Notes: a model not told the origin generated them from the sequence alone. A stretch of DNA of 64,000 nt from Squalus acanthias (GCA_030390025.1 CM059432.1:83640001-83704000); one strand, 5' to 3'. Counted from the stretch's first letter, positions 11,768-23,810 are shown. Translations and numbers: made by a program.

Positions 11768-12928
11768 ATGGGGGCTGCACTGATTGCGGGCGTCGTCCTG
11801 CTCCAGCTGAATCGGAGGACACAGAGACGCAGAGAGAGAGTGGCAATGATGGCCAGACGGAGGAGGGCCAACAGGCGTATGTACAGGAGAGCTTACCCTC
11901 CCAGGGTATATCGTGAACAGCTCTCCTACCTTCATATGTCTGAGGAGCTGTGTTTGCGAAGGCTGCGATTCAGCAAGGAGGTGGTCACTGAGCTCTGCCA
12001 CCTGCTGCAGCCAGATCTGCAGCCTCAACTGAGGTCCAGGACGTCTCTGTCGGTGGCAGTGAAGGTCACAGTGGCTCTCAACTTCTACGCTACTGGCTCA
12101 TTTCAAGCTGCTGCTGGGGACCTCGCCAATATCTCCCAGTTCGCGGTGCATTGCTGCATCCGGCAGGTCACAAATGCCCTCTTTAAAAGGAGACGAGAGT
12201 TCATCTCTTTCCCCATGACCCCAGACAAGCAGCGTGACCGTGCTCTGGGCTTTGCGAGGGTAGCGGGCTTCCCCATGGTGCAAGGCGCCATTGACTGCAC
12301 GCATGTGGCTTTGCGTGCTCCGCATGAGAATGCCGAGGAATTCCGGAACAGAAAGGGGTTCCATTCCTTGAATGTTCAGTTGGTCTGTGACCACAGACAG
12401 CTGATACTCGCTGTCAATGCCCACTATCCTGGCAGCTGCCACGATGCTTTTATCCTGCGCCAGACTACTGTGGCAGAACTTTTCGAGGCACCGCATCAGC
12501 CAGTTGGTTGGCTTCTCGGGGACAAGGGGTATGCATTGAGCACCTGGCTGATGACACCGCTCCGTACGCCCAACACCCCTGCTGAGCTGCGGTACAATGA
12601 GAGCCATCAAGCTACCAGGAACATAATTGAGCGCACAATCGGCGTGCTGAAGCAACGGTTCCGCTGTCTCGACCATTCTGGAGGAGCCCTGCAGTACTCG
12701 CCTGAGCGAGTATCCAACTTCGTAGTTGTGTGCTGCATGTTGCATAACATGGCAATCCTCAGGACCCAGCCAATGCCACCAGGCCTTGGAGCACCACCAG
12801 AGGAGGAGGAGGAAGAGGAGGAAGAGGACGAGGAGGATGATCATCAGCAGCACCAAGGCGGGAGGGCGGCCCACAATGGTGAAACTGCAAGGGCCGTCCG
12901 TCAACGGCTAATAGCAAGCCGCTTCTAG
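11768..12928 (+). CDS. Harbinger DDE transposase (HARBI1-like), 386 aa, uninterrupted
   Basis: ATG at 11768 to TAG. Catalytic motifs GAIDCTH, LLGDKGY and IERTIG, plus NRKGFHSLNVQ, YPGSCHDA, CCMLHN and an acidic tail. Confidence 0.93.
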   Translation: MGAALIAGVVLLQLNRRTQRRRERVAMMARRRRANRRMYRRAYPPRVYREQLSYLHMSEELCLRRLRFSKEVVTELCHLLQPDLQPQLRSRTSLSVAVKVTVALNFYATGSFQAAAGDLANISQFAVHCCIRQVTNALFKRRREFISFPMTPDKQRDRALGFARVAGFPMVQGAIDCTHVALRAPHENAEEFRNRKGFHSLNVQLVCDHRQLILAVNAHYPGSCHDAFILRQTTVAELFEAPHQPVGWLLGDKGYALSTWLMTPLRTPNTPAELRYNESHQATRNIIERTIGVLKQRFRCLDHSGGALQYSPERVSNFVVVCCMLHNMAILRTQPMPPGLGAPPEEEEEEEEEDEEDDHQQHQGGRAAHNGETARAVRQRLIASRF

Positions 12929-13240
12929 GGCCCCTGCTGTGGAAATGGCTTCTGCCATTGCTAACAACATCAATGAACCCAGCACGCAACCCCTAAGCCG
13001 GCCAAGGCACCAATAATTCCAACCACCAACCATGTATATTTTGAATACAGAAACTTATTTATTTTACAAACTCTGTGTGTGTCAATTCCTCATGACAAAC
13101 TCATAGAAATAAACACAAAAAAACAGTCAATAACATAACTGGTTCTCACAACCTGGAGATAATGTCCAAAACACTAAACAAAAGTTGGACCATGAACCTC
13201 GACCTTTAATAAAAAAATGACCAGCATTTTGTCACACCTC

Positions 13241-15006
13241 CTACTTTTTGCCCTTCGAGGGTGATCTCCTTCCCTTGCGCACTTCCCCCCTTCTAACCCT
13301 ACTGCTCCTCCGTAATGGGACCTCAGTGGCTGCAGCAAGGCTGGTGGAAGGCTGCTGCTCGTCAGACCCTGACACTGCAGATGCCCCTGAAGGACGGCCT
13401 CGACCAGTTCTGGGCCTGGAGGGCCCGGCTGCAGACTGCACCAACTCTGCATGGGCGGCAGCAGTCTGTCCTACAGGCGGTGGCAAGTGCAGTGGAGAAG
13501 TGACAGTGTTGGCAGCAGGAATGCTGTCATCGTGAGAGAGGACAGCAACTCCCTGCTCGCCCGACACACTGGCACTCCCACGGGGCAGCACTTCAGCATC
13601 CGGAGCAATCTGCTGGAGAACAGATTGCTGGCCTGCTGCGGCGCGGTGACAGCCCCGGGGACATGTGCACGAACCATCGAGGTTGGCAGCAGTCTGTGCT
13701 CGCGTGGCCTCAATCTGAGTCTGCATGAGAGCAGTCAGAGATGGGATCACGGCAGCCAGTGACTGAATTGCAGCACTAAGCGTTAGTGTGGTATCCGCCT
13801 GTGCTACAGCGAAGTGCTCCACACTCCTTGCCAGTGACTCAATGCATTCGGGCACCCTTCCCACTGCACCCATGAGCTCAGTGTGCATGCCCACCGCCTG
13901 GGTGTTCATTTCTGCGATCAGCCGCTCCTCCTCTGCGTCCATTGCAGTAGGAGTCTCTGGCATACTCTCCCTCTGGGGAGAAGGCCCCCGTTCTTCCCTA
14001 CCCCCATGGCGTTGCTGCAGCCCGCTGGGTCCTGGAGCTTCACCCTCATCAGACCCTTCCCCCCTGCTCCCCTCCAGGGAAGGCGTGTTCCCAGTGTGGG
14101 CATGGGCTTCCTCGGGAGAGGGTGGCACTGATGCTCCGGCTTCCTCTTCCTCCTTGGCTGCAGCATCACTCCCACTGGCAGCTTCAGGGCCCGTCTTCTC
14201 AGCTGGTGAAGCACCATCTGAAAGCAGGGAGGTACAAGAGTGGCTTTAGCGTGAGGACAGGGTGGCAGTAAGGGAGGAATAAGTGCAGCGAGTTAGCAAG
14301 TTGGATTGAAAGTGTCAAAGGCTGGTGTTGTGAGGGACAAGTGGAAGGACAGAGGACAAAAAGGTGATGACCTTACCATTGCTGTCCAGAATGGGGTCGG
14401 CGTCTCCAGTGGCGACGGGACCGATCACCCGGCTTGCCACAATCCTGTGGACGCGCTCCTCCAGATCGCTGAGGGGTTGCAGCTGAGGCCGCCCTCCACC
14501 TGTCCGTTGCTGCTGTCTCCGATTATGCGCCAGCTTGGCCTGTAAGAAAAAGGACAGCATCTGAGTAAATATACAGCCATGGTCTTGCCTGATGTGCCTC
14601 CCATAGTTGAATAGCCCTTACTGTATGCAAAGTGTGGAATGTGTGTATGTGTTTCATGAAAGGGCCATAGGTGTTGGATGAGTGTTGTGCATTGGGGTTT
14701 TAAGACCCTCTGGCCATAGAGTGAGGTTGAGATGGAGGGATGGAGAAGTATTGAGAAAAAGCCACTCACCCTGACGACCCGAGTGAGGTCATTGAACTTT
14801 TTGCGGCATTGAACATGTGTCCTGGGCACCATGCTCCTGGAGGAGACGCTCTGAGCCACCTCCCTCCACACTCTTCTGTACTCGCGTGGCAAAGGCCTCC
14901 TGCCACTCTCAGGGAAAAGTATACATCTTCTGCGCTCCACCGCGCCAACCAGAGCATCCAAGGCCCGCTCGGTGAAGCGATGAGCTCGTTCTCTCACCCT
15001 CTCCAT
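13241..15006 (-). CDS. Harbinger Myb/SANT-like DNA-binding protein; exons 15006-14770, 14539-14377, 14217-13241; 458 aa
   Basis: Exon 1 reads RFTERALDALV...W.EVA...QCRKKFNDL and exon 2 AKLAHNRR..RTGGG. GT-AG introns of phase 0 and 1 join 237+163+977 nt into one open frame. Confidence 0.85.
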
Positions 15007-15469
15007 CCTTGGCAGCAAAATGGATTCACAGGTCTCTCCAGGCCGAGATTCAAGGCTGCAATGAGCAGGGTGTGGCTGGGGAGCAAGTTGGCCCCCCCCG
15101 CTTTAAGAAGTGTCCGGCGCCAGTGTGTCTGTGTTCCCTCGCTAACTGGCAGCAGCTGCGCTGCGCTCGCGCGCTGAGTTAGCGCCTCACTGCTCGGCCT
15201 TTGCGCCTTAAGACAGGTGTGCAGTGCCTGATTTAGCACTCCACTCACCTCCCGGGGCGGTAAAAGTGAAGTTTCCAGTCAGTGGCGATAATTAGCGCCA
15301 GGCGCTAATATTTGCGTCCAGATGATATTTGCGCCCCAAATGGGGCGCGACCTACTTTTTCCCCCAAGGTGCCTTAAAGGGAAGGTGCTCGATATATTGT
15401 CCACAGACGGAAAAGTGGATAATGCCCGTTTAGGTGGCGATCCGCCACACAGCTCCCCCCAGAATCCGC

Positions 15470-18400
15470 TTAAGAGGTGTGGACGAGACGGTGCGGCGGT
15501 CTGATGGGCCGGCCGGAGCGGCTCTTGTAGGACGCCGGTGGACGTGGAACGGCCGGGCGTGGAGTAGCCGGGTGAACCGGCTTGAGGGCAGGTCGGCCGC
15601 GTGGAGGTGGACGAGCTACAGGGACCTGCTCACCGGGCTCCGAGTGTGCTGGCTTGAGTCGGTCAACCGACACTTTTTCGGTCCTGTCGCCCACTTGCAG
15701 GGTGAAAAATTTGTCCCCAGCCTGTAGCACCTTGTAGGGCCCGTCGTACGGGGGTTGAAGGGGTCCGCGGTGGGCGTCGTGCCTGACAAAAACAAACCGT
15801 GCCTGATGCAGGCTTAGTGAGACGTGTGAGGTGGATTCGCCGTGTCGGGCAATGGGCGAACTGCAGCGCCGGTGAGGCGAAGTCGTGGCGTTGCTGGTCG
15901 GCTGACCAGGGTGTCGTGGCGGTGGGCAGGAACTCGCCGGGTACGCACAGCGGCTGACCATACATGAGCTCTGCTGCCGATGCGTGGAGGTCTTCTTTAA
16001 CCACGGTGGGCAGGCCGAGGAGGACCCATGGAAGTCGGTCGGTCCAGGCGCCGTCCTGGAGGCTGGCTCGAAGAGGTGCCTTCAAGGATCTGTGGAACCG
16101 CTCACACAGTCCGTTGGCTTGGGGGTGGTACGCTGTGGTGCGGTGAATGGTCACCCCGAGATTGCGTGCGACGGCGATCCAGAGTTCAGAGGTAAATTGC
16201 GGACCTCTGTCCGACGTCATGTCGGAGGGGACGCCGAACCGTGCGACCCAGGTGCTGACGAAGGCTCTGGCGATGTCGGCGGTGGTGGTAGAGGTCAGTG
16301 GAATTGCCTCGGGCCAGCATGTGGTGCGGTCAACGATGGTCAGCAAGTGCGTGTGGCCTTGCGACGGCGGCAGGGGCCCGACGATGTCCACGTGGATGTG
16401 GTCGAATCTCCGCGAGGGGACGGTAAACTCCTGGAGGGGTGCCTTCGTGTGTTGCTATACCTTGGCCCGTTGGCAGGCTAGGCAGGAGTTGGCCCAAGTA
16501 CGCACATCCTTGCGAAGGCCGCGCCAGACGAAGCGGTTGGCTACCAATTTGATGGATGCGCGGGCGCCGGGGTGGGAGAGGTTGTGGAGAATGTCGAATA
16601 CCCGGCGGCGCCAGGGCGCTGGGACGACGGGCCGAGGTTGACATAGGGATATGTCGCACTTGACCGTGACTGCGGTCGGGCCACAGGCGACGTCGGCCAG
16701 GCGTAGCCCTGGTAGGTTGGTGGGTGCGGAGAGCAGATCAGGGTCGGTGATCTGGTCTGCTGCGAGTTGAGCGTAGTCGACTGCCAGGTGTGCGGCGTGG
16801 ATGGCGGGGCGGGAGAGGCAGTCGGCTACCACATTGTCTTGGCCGGAGACGTGTTGGATGTCCGTGGTGAACTCAGACACTGCCGCGAGCTGGCGCTGCT
16901 GCCTGGCGGACCAGGGGTCGGTTGTCTTTGCCATTGCGAATGTCAGGGGCTTGTGGTCGAGAAACGCAGTGAAGGGGTGGCCCTCAAGCAAAAACCGGAA
17001 ATGGCGGACCGCCAGGAATAGCGCAAGGAGCTCGCGGTCGAAGGTGCAGTACTTGACCTCTGGGGGGCGTAGTTGGCGGCTGAAGAAGGCAAGTGGTTGC
17101 CAGGCGCCGTCGACCCACTGCTCATACACGGTGCCGACCGCGTGGTCGGAGGCGTCCGTGGTGAGCGCTACCCTAGCATTGGGCCGTGGGTGCACGAGCA
17201 GGGTGGCGTTGGCGAGCGCGGTCTTGGTGGAATCGAAGGCGGCGGACGCGTCTGCCGTCCATTCGACCGCCATCTTGCCGCTCCTGCCCCGGAGGGCTTC
17301 ATACAGGGGCCTCATGAGGGACGCCGCTTTGGGGATGAAGCGGTTATAGAAATTCACCATCCCGAGGAACTCCTGGAGGCCTTTGATGGTGGTGGGGCGG
17401 GGAAATTGTTGGACGGCCTGCACCTTGGTGGGCAGGGGAATGGCCCCAGCATGGTTGATGTGGTGGCCGAGGAAGTCGATCTTGTCCAGGCCGAACTGGC
17501 ATTTGGCTGGGCTGAGGATGAGCCCGTGGTCGCTGAGGCGCCCGAACAGGATGCGAAGGTGTTCGAGGTGTTCCTGCTTGGAGGAACTGGCTACCAGGAT
17601 GTCGTCCAGGTAGACGAACAGGAACTTCAGGTCCCGAAGGACCGAGTCCATGAGCCGTTGGAATGCCTGGGCCGCGTTTTTGAGGCCAAAGGACATCCGC
17701 AGGAACTCGAACAGGCCGAAGGGGGTGATTACGGCTGTCTTGGGGACGTCCGCGGGGTGGACGGGGACTTGGTGGTAGCCGCGCACCAGGTCGACCTTGG
17801 AAAAGACTGAGCGGCTGGCCAGTCTAGCCGAGAAGTCCTGAATGTGCGGCACGGGGTACCGATCAGGGGTGGTGGCGTCGTTGAGGCGGCGGTAATCCCC
17901 GCAGGGTCACCAACCTCCGCCTGGTTTGGGGGCGATGTGGAGTGGGGAGGCCCAGGGACTGTTGGAGCGGCGGATGATGCTGAGCTGTTCCATGGTGGCA
18001 AACTCGGTCCGCGCGATCTCCAGTTTGGTCGGGTCCAGCCTGCGGGCGTGGGCGTACACTGGGGGGCCTGTGGTGGGGATGAAGTGTTCCACCCCGTGTT
18101 TGGCGGCCTCCGCGGAGAAGGTCGGATTGGTAAGGGCAAGGAATTCGGCCAGGAGTGCCGAGTAGTCATCCGTGGCCCGGGCGTGGCACTGTGACGCCAT
18201 GTCGGCGGGTTGACGGGGGGCCATGGCGCCCAGGATGGGGGACATGGTGTTCATGTCCACGAGGCGGTGACGGGGGATGTCTACCAGTAGGCCGTGGGCG
18301 CAAGGAAATCTGCGCCGATGAGAGGGGAGAGCACCTTGGCAGTGATGAACTCCCATCGGTAGCGGCGACCAGCGAGGTCGAGGGTGACTGTCTGGGTGCC

Positions 18401-19273
18401 ATACGTCCGGATTTCCGAGCCGTTAGCCGCAGCCAGCGCCGGTCCTCGTTCGCCCTTTTGGATGTCGAGGGAGGAGGCCGGGATGATGCTGTGCTGAGCT
18501 CCAGTGTCGCACAGGAACCGGCGGCCAGTTTTGTCATCCGTGACGAACAGCAGGGAGCCCGCGTGGCCCACGGCCATCGCGGGGGCTGGTACGGGGGCGG
18601 ACTTGAAAGAGCAGGGAGGTGTGCACCATTGTGCCCTGGCGCCGAACCGTGCGTGGTAGTAACAGTGACCCGGGTTAGTGGGGCGTGAAGGCCCCATGGG
18701 CCTGGTGGCAGGCCCTTGTGGCCGCGTGGTGGCCGGTGAGGGGCACGCCCAGGCATTGGCTGCCAGGTCCGGAGTGACGTCGCGGCTGGAGTGAGCGGAC
18801 AGCAGCTTGTCGGCCTCATCGGCCAGGGCTTCCAGGTTCGTGAGGCCGGATGCCACGATCGCTGGGCGGATGCTGAGAGGGAGCTGGCGGATGAACAGCG
18901 TGCAGAAGAGGGATCCAGGTGGGCTCTCGTCGGTGAGGGAGAGCATGTGGGAGAGGAAGTCTGATGGTGAGGCATCACCGAGGCCTGGAAGGTCGAGGAG
19001 GTGGCAGTTTCGCTGACATGCCAAGGCCGTAAATTTTTTAAGGAGCGCTGCCTTGAGATGTGCGTACTTGCCTTCCTCTGGTGGGTTCTGCAGCGCTGTC
19101 CAAACCTTCGAAACTGTGGCGCTACCGAGTGATGTGACGAGGTAGTCGTACTGCGTCCCATCTGTGGTGATGTTTCGCAGCTGGAAGCGAGATTCAGCTT
19201 GGAGAAACCAGGCTTCGGGCTGGTTTTCCCAAAACTCCGGCAGTTTCACGGAAACTGCGTTCGTGTCCGCCAT
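15470..19273 (-). pseudogene. Gypsy gag-pol, broken by a few frameshifts and stops
   Basis: Gag KLPEFW...WFLQAE; protease FLCDTGA; RT YLDD; RNase H TTDAS...DRELLA; integrase H2C2, HVDIVGP, SDRGPQF, NGLCERFH and GPY motif. Breaks lie near 18300, 17907, 16455 and 15850. Confidence 0.92.
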
Positions 19274-19298
19274 TGCAGTGCTCGGAATACGTTCTGAG

Positions 19299-19312
19299 CG
19301 TCGGGGTCACCA
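19299..19312 (-). other. Primer binding site complementary to the tRNA-Trp 3' end
   Basis: TGGTGACCCCGACG lies immediately inside the 5' LTR. Confidence 0.8.
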
Positions 19313-19313
19313 G

Positions 19314-19553
19314 TGTTGAGGCTGCCGCGAAACACGAATTAAGGCTGAATCCATGTGTGGAAAACAAGAGACTTTTTTAAAACAACTGCATGGTACAAAA
19401 TGGCTGAACAGACTGCTCCCAGAATTCTCTGGAAAAACCCTGAGGCCCCGCCCACTCCTGCCTTAAAGGTAAGGTGCCTTAAAGGGAAGGTGCTCGATAT
19501 ATTGTCCACAGACGGAAAAGTGGATAATGCCCGTTTAGGTGGCGACCGGCACA
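19314..19553 (-). repeat. Intact 5' LTR (240 bp) of the Gypsy element
   Basis: TG...CA termini; matches the split LTR at 11097-15451. Confidence 0.93.
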
Positions 19554-20399
19554 GTGTGATATTTTCCACCATTCAAAGCAGTCAGGAGAACATAGTGGGC
19601 ATGGGCATCCTTCATGATCTCCAGTTTTAATACAGCAATTCAGGGATAATTGTTGATCCTGGGCATGCTGGTGCTTACATGGCATATAAAAGGGTGAAGG
19701 TTTTAGATCATATCGTCGGCCTACTCAGGGAAGCCACCACTTTGTTGGGAACACAAGACAAAAGTGTTATGAGAATGCTTTGACTGTAGTCCAAAGGCAA
19801 ATAGAGACATTTACAAAGTCACACATATTTACCCATCAGAAAAGGATATTCCAGCCTCCACCTGCCCGAAAGTAAGCGTCCAAGTGGTGAACATGGGTGA
19901 AAAGTGGCTCGGTATTGTGCGCCATCGAGTATCCACCCCTTGCATTGGTCCATCGGCTTTTCTGCTTCATTTTGGGAATAGTACTGCCAAGATTTACTGG
20001 AAAACAAGCAGAGAAGTTGTAAATGAGGGTGGGATGTCATCCATCATATTTCTCATCATTCTAAGCTTTTACATCAGTTACAAGGCCCACGGTAACAGAA
20101 CAAGCGGATTCAGCGACAGGATATAAATTTCAATAGATGTTGGAAACGTCAAACCGAAATGTCTGTTTCAGTGAGGTAAGATTTTGACCTATAGTAAAGA
20201 GAGGATTTATCTCAGGAAATATTTTATTGTTGCTGTCAGGTTAAGTACTTTAACTTACAGCTCACTACTATTGAAGTCTGAAGCTGTGAATTCAGGGTGG
20301 GATCCCTGTCTCTTTAAGGGGAATTTCCCCAAGGGATACACAGAACATGACAGCACCTTTGGCTATTCCTCAATATTTGATATTGCATGACGATGATGA

Positions 20400-21020
20400 T
20401 GAGGAGGAGAAGAGATGCGACCAGTGAAGGGTCTGAATACATCAGAGGAGGCTGAGGAGGGTAAGGAGTTACCCAGCCATTAAATATACAGAGCATGGAA
20501 CTCCTACCTGAAGCTGTCTGAAGGGAAGGGCATGAGGAGCACTTCATGAGCTATGCAGAATCCTGGAACCTGACCTGACGTTATCCTCAAGGAATATCAC
20601 CGCTTTGTCCATAGAGGGCAATGACTGCGATGACATTTTATACCTCTGGATCCTTTCAGCCTAGTGCAGAGGATCTGTATAACTTTTCACAGTCTGCAGT
20701 CCACCGGTGCATCAAGCGGGTGACTTGTGCACTTCTGACTAGAGTTGGCCAACTCATTTTCTTCCCCATAGACACAGCTTCTCAACACGAGTTGACAGTG
20801 GGCTTTTTCAGAGTGGCAGGCTTCCCAAGGATGCCAGGGCCTGTGCACTGTACTCGTGGGGCTATCAGAGTATCAATAAAAGATACAGTGACTTACATTG
20901 ACAGAGTGGGTTACCCTTTCTTAAGTGTGCAGCAGTATGTGAGCACAGACATAAAATGCTATGTGTCAATGCAAGCTACCTTGGCAATTGTCATGATGCA
21001 TTTATAATGAGACGGTGATC
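20400..21020 (+). pseudogene. Old degenerate Harbinger transposase fragment
   Basis: ORF 20621-21007 (FYTSGSFQ...SQSAVHRCIKRVT...GFFRVAGFP) matches the intact transposase (FYATGSFQ...SQFAVHCCIRQVT...GFARVAGFP). The first catalytic Asp is lost. Boundaries are uncertain. Confidence 0.8.
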
Positions 21021-21025
21021 TGACA

Positions 21026-22403
21026 TTTTTTTTTATTATTCATTCATGGAATGTGGGCGTTGGACAAGTCCAGCATTTATTGCCCATTCCTAATTGCCCT
21101 TGAGAAGGTGGTGGTGAGCCGCCTTCTTGAACCTCTGCAGTCTGTGTGGTGAAGGTACTCCCACAGTGCTGTTAGGGAGGGAGTTCCAGGATTTTGACCC
21201 AGCGATGATGAAGGAACAGCGATATATTTTCAAGTCAGAATAGTGTGTGACTTGGAGGGGAACTTGGAGGTGGTGGTGTTCCCATGCGCCTGCTGCCCTT
21301 GTCCTTCTAGGTGGTAGAGGTCGTGGGTTTGGGAGGTGCTGTCAAAGAAGCCTTGATGAGTTGCTGCAGTGCATCTTGTAGAGTGTACACACTGCAGACA
21401 CGGTATGCAGGTGGTGGAGGAAGTGAATTTTTCAGGTGGTGGATGGAGTGCCAATAAGAAAAAAAGAAAGACTTACATTTATATAGCGCTTTTCACGACC
21501 ACCGGATGTCCCAAAATGCTTTACAGCCAATGAAGTACATTTGAAGTGTAGTCACTGTTGTAATGTAGGAAACACGGCTTCTTGAGTGTTGTTGGAGCTG
21601 CACTCATCCAGGCAAGTGGAGAGTATTCCATCATACTCCTGATTTGTGCCTTGTAGATGGTGCAAAGGCTTTGGGAAGTCAGGAGGTGAGTCACTCACCA
21701 CAGAATACCCAGCCTCTGACTTACTCTTATAGCCACAGTATTTATGTGGCTGGTCCAGTTAAGTTTCTGGTCAATGATGACCCCCAGGATGTTGATGGTG
21801 GGGGATTCAGCGATGGTAATGCCATTGAATGTCAAGGGCAGGTGGTTAGACTTTTGCTTGTTGGAGTTGGTCATTGCCTGGCACTTGTGTGGCGCGAATG
21901 TTACTTGCCATTTATCAGTCAAAGCCTGAATGCCGTCCAGGTCTTGTTGCATGTGGGCTTCATTATCTGAGGTGTTGCGAATGGCACTGAACACTGTGCA
22001 ATCATCAACTAACATCCCTGCTTCTGACCTTATGATGGAGGGAAGGTAATTGATGAAGCAGAGAAGATGGTTGGGCCTAGGACACTGCCCTGAGGAACTC
22101 CTGCAGCGATGTCCTGGGGATGAGATGATTGGTCTCAAACAACCACAACCATCTTCCTTTGTGCTAGGTATGACTCCAGCCAGTGGAGAGTTATCCCCTG
22201 ATTCCCATTGACTCCAATTTTACTAGGGCTCCTTGATGCCACACTCAGTCAAATGCTGCCTTGATGTCAAGGGCAGTCACTCTCACCTCACCTCTGGAAT
22301 TTAGCTCTTTTGTCTATGTTTGGACCAAGGCTGTAATGAGGTCTGGAACCGAGTGGTCCTGGTGGAACCCAAACTGGGCATCGGTGAGCAGGTTATTGGT
22401 GAG
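21026..22403 (-). mobile_element. CR1-Zenon-like LINE 3' fragment containing a Deu-SINE tail (21456-21575)
   Basis: RT motifs (DKWQVTFAPHKCQAM, ILGVIIDQKLNW) and a 3' end GGGCAATAAATGCTGG...CATGAATGAAT on -. Confidence 0.8.
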
Positions 22404-22440
22404 TACAACAACAACAACCTGTATTTATATAGCAGTCTTT

Positions 22441-22566
22441 GGGGTATATTTTGCTCCACTTTGTAATTTTAGTGAAAAAGTAAATGTTAATTTACATTGG
22501 GTACACCATTTTATACTCACATTTACTTTTTTGCTAAGATTGGCAAATGCAGGAAAATATGTGCCC
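22441..22566. mobile_element. Short palindromic MITE remnant
   Basis: GGGGTATATTTT...AAAATATGTGCCC ends, with inner arms AATTTTAGTGAAAAAGTAAATG / CATTTACTTTTTTGCTAAGATT. Confidence 0.5.
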
Positions 22567-23334
22567 AGCTATATTCTGTAGAAGTCTGGAGTAATTGTGT
22601 TGCACAAAATGCTGTGGTGGTTCTGGTAAGGGCAACCTAGGATAATATTAATGAATTCCATCTGTGGTTTTATATGACACATCTGCTGCCTAAACTAAAT
22701 AAAGTATGTTTTTATTTTAAAAATCTTAGGGGAGAATCATCTTGCTTGGGGCCAGAAAGATGCTCAGCACCAATATGCGCATAAATAGTGGATATTTACC
22801 CACGTTTCCACATGATAAATCATTACCAGTAGTATCCTAAGCCAGGGGTGTCCATGTTTTTTGTCTTTGTGGGCCACATAGGTGCACTCCATGGAGCCTA
22901 AGGGGTCACATATAATGTTTAAATCCATGCTGCCATTAATTTGCATAGATCACAATTTGTTGATAGTTACAGATCTTGGTGGTCTAATACAGAATGTATC
23001 CAACAGTGAGGCAACGGAACTAAAAACAACCATTTCCAAACCTCCGGGCCCACAAAATTCAATCAGGATAAACCAGCAAATAAGAAATCCATTACCACAA
23101 GTACAACTGAGTTGACTTGGCTTTTAGGGTTGGATTGGTAAGACTTGGGGATTGCTTGTGACCCTAGGGCTGAAGGCCTGACGCATATGTTCTAATCTGC
23201 CAAATGGTAAACTAGATGAAATTAAATTAATTTACTATCTGATCAACTGGAAATAAAACATTTGACTCACGTTGAGTCTGTCTGAAGTGTTGCAAGCAGC
23301 AAACCTCTAAAATGACATGTAAAGCTAAGATGTG

Positions 23335-23810
23335 CGTAAGAACATAAGAAAAGCCAGAGATGACCAAGACCACTCGGCTCATCCTTCTCACACTCTAACT
23401 CTCCCATCACAGTGAACAACCCCATTGTTTTTGCCTTTGCTCCCCTGCCTGGCAGATTATTCCAAACATTTACCACTTGTTGGGTAAAGAATTTCTTCCT
23501 TGTATTTGTTTTAAATTTACTTTTCCATTTATATCCTCTGGTCCTACTTTCCTATGAAAACTTTTAAGTATTAATATAAGATTACCTTATTTATGCCACA
23601 TTATATTTTATATACTTCAGTGAGGTTCTCCATTAACAGCCTATTTTCAGACTGTAAAGCTTTAGCATCTTCAATCTTTCCTCATACACTTGCAATCAGT
23701 CTTGTTCTTTTCTATATCCTTTACAATGTTTGTATATATTTTTTGTTGCATGGTAAATAAAATCAAACACCATCCTTTGAGTGTGGCCTGCCCAGACCGT
23801 TGTAAAGTTT
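23335..23810 (-). mobile_element. Old degenerate CR1 3' fragment
   Basis: TAAGAACATAAGAA tail and VNVWNNLP remnant on -. Confidence 0.6.

Larger units (their letters stand above)
11257..15365. mobile_element. Apparently complete autonomous PIF/Harbinger DNA transposon (4109 bp)
   Basis: Imperfect TIRs GGGGTAAAAATT / rc GGGGGAAAAAGT and an exact AAG duplication. The empty site is visible in the sister LTR. Carries convergent transposase and Myb/SANT genes. Confidence 0.93.
11097..15451 (-). repeat. 3' LTR of the Gypsy element, split into 11097-11256 and 15369-15451
   Basis: The two pieces concatenate to the intact LTR at 19314-19553 with only a few differences. PPT GGGGGGAGC lies at 15452-15460 on -. 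Confidence 0.92.
11097..19553 (-). mobile_element. Full-length Gypsy/Ty3 LTR retrotransposon, 3' LTR interrupted by a Harbinger
   Basis: Near-identical TG...CA LTRs, 4-bp GTGT target duplication (11093-11096, 19554-19557), PBS, PPT and gag-PR-RT-RH-IN domain order. Confidence 0.95.

Noticed and set aside
11699..12928. Calling the transposase the host gene HARBI1, or starting it at 11699
   Set aside because: It lies between TIRs with a target duplication and a partner Myb gene, so it is a transposon gene. 11699 is a non-ATG start; the first ATG is 11768.
12098..19161. Many long antisense or alternative-frame ORFs over the Harbinger and Gypsy coding regions
   Set aside because: These are shadow ORFs of GC-rich coding sequence with no independent motifs.
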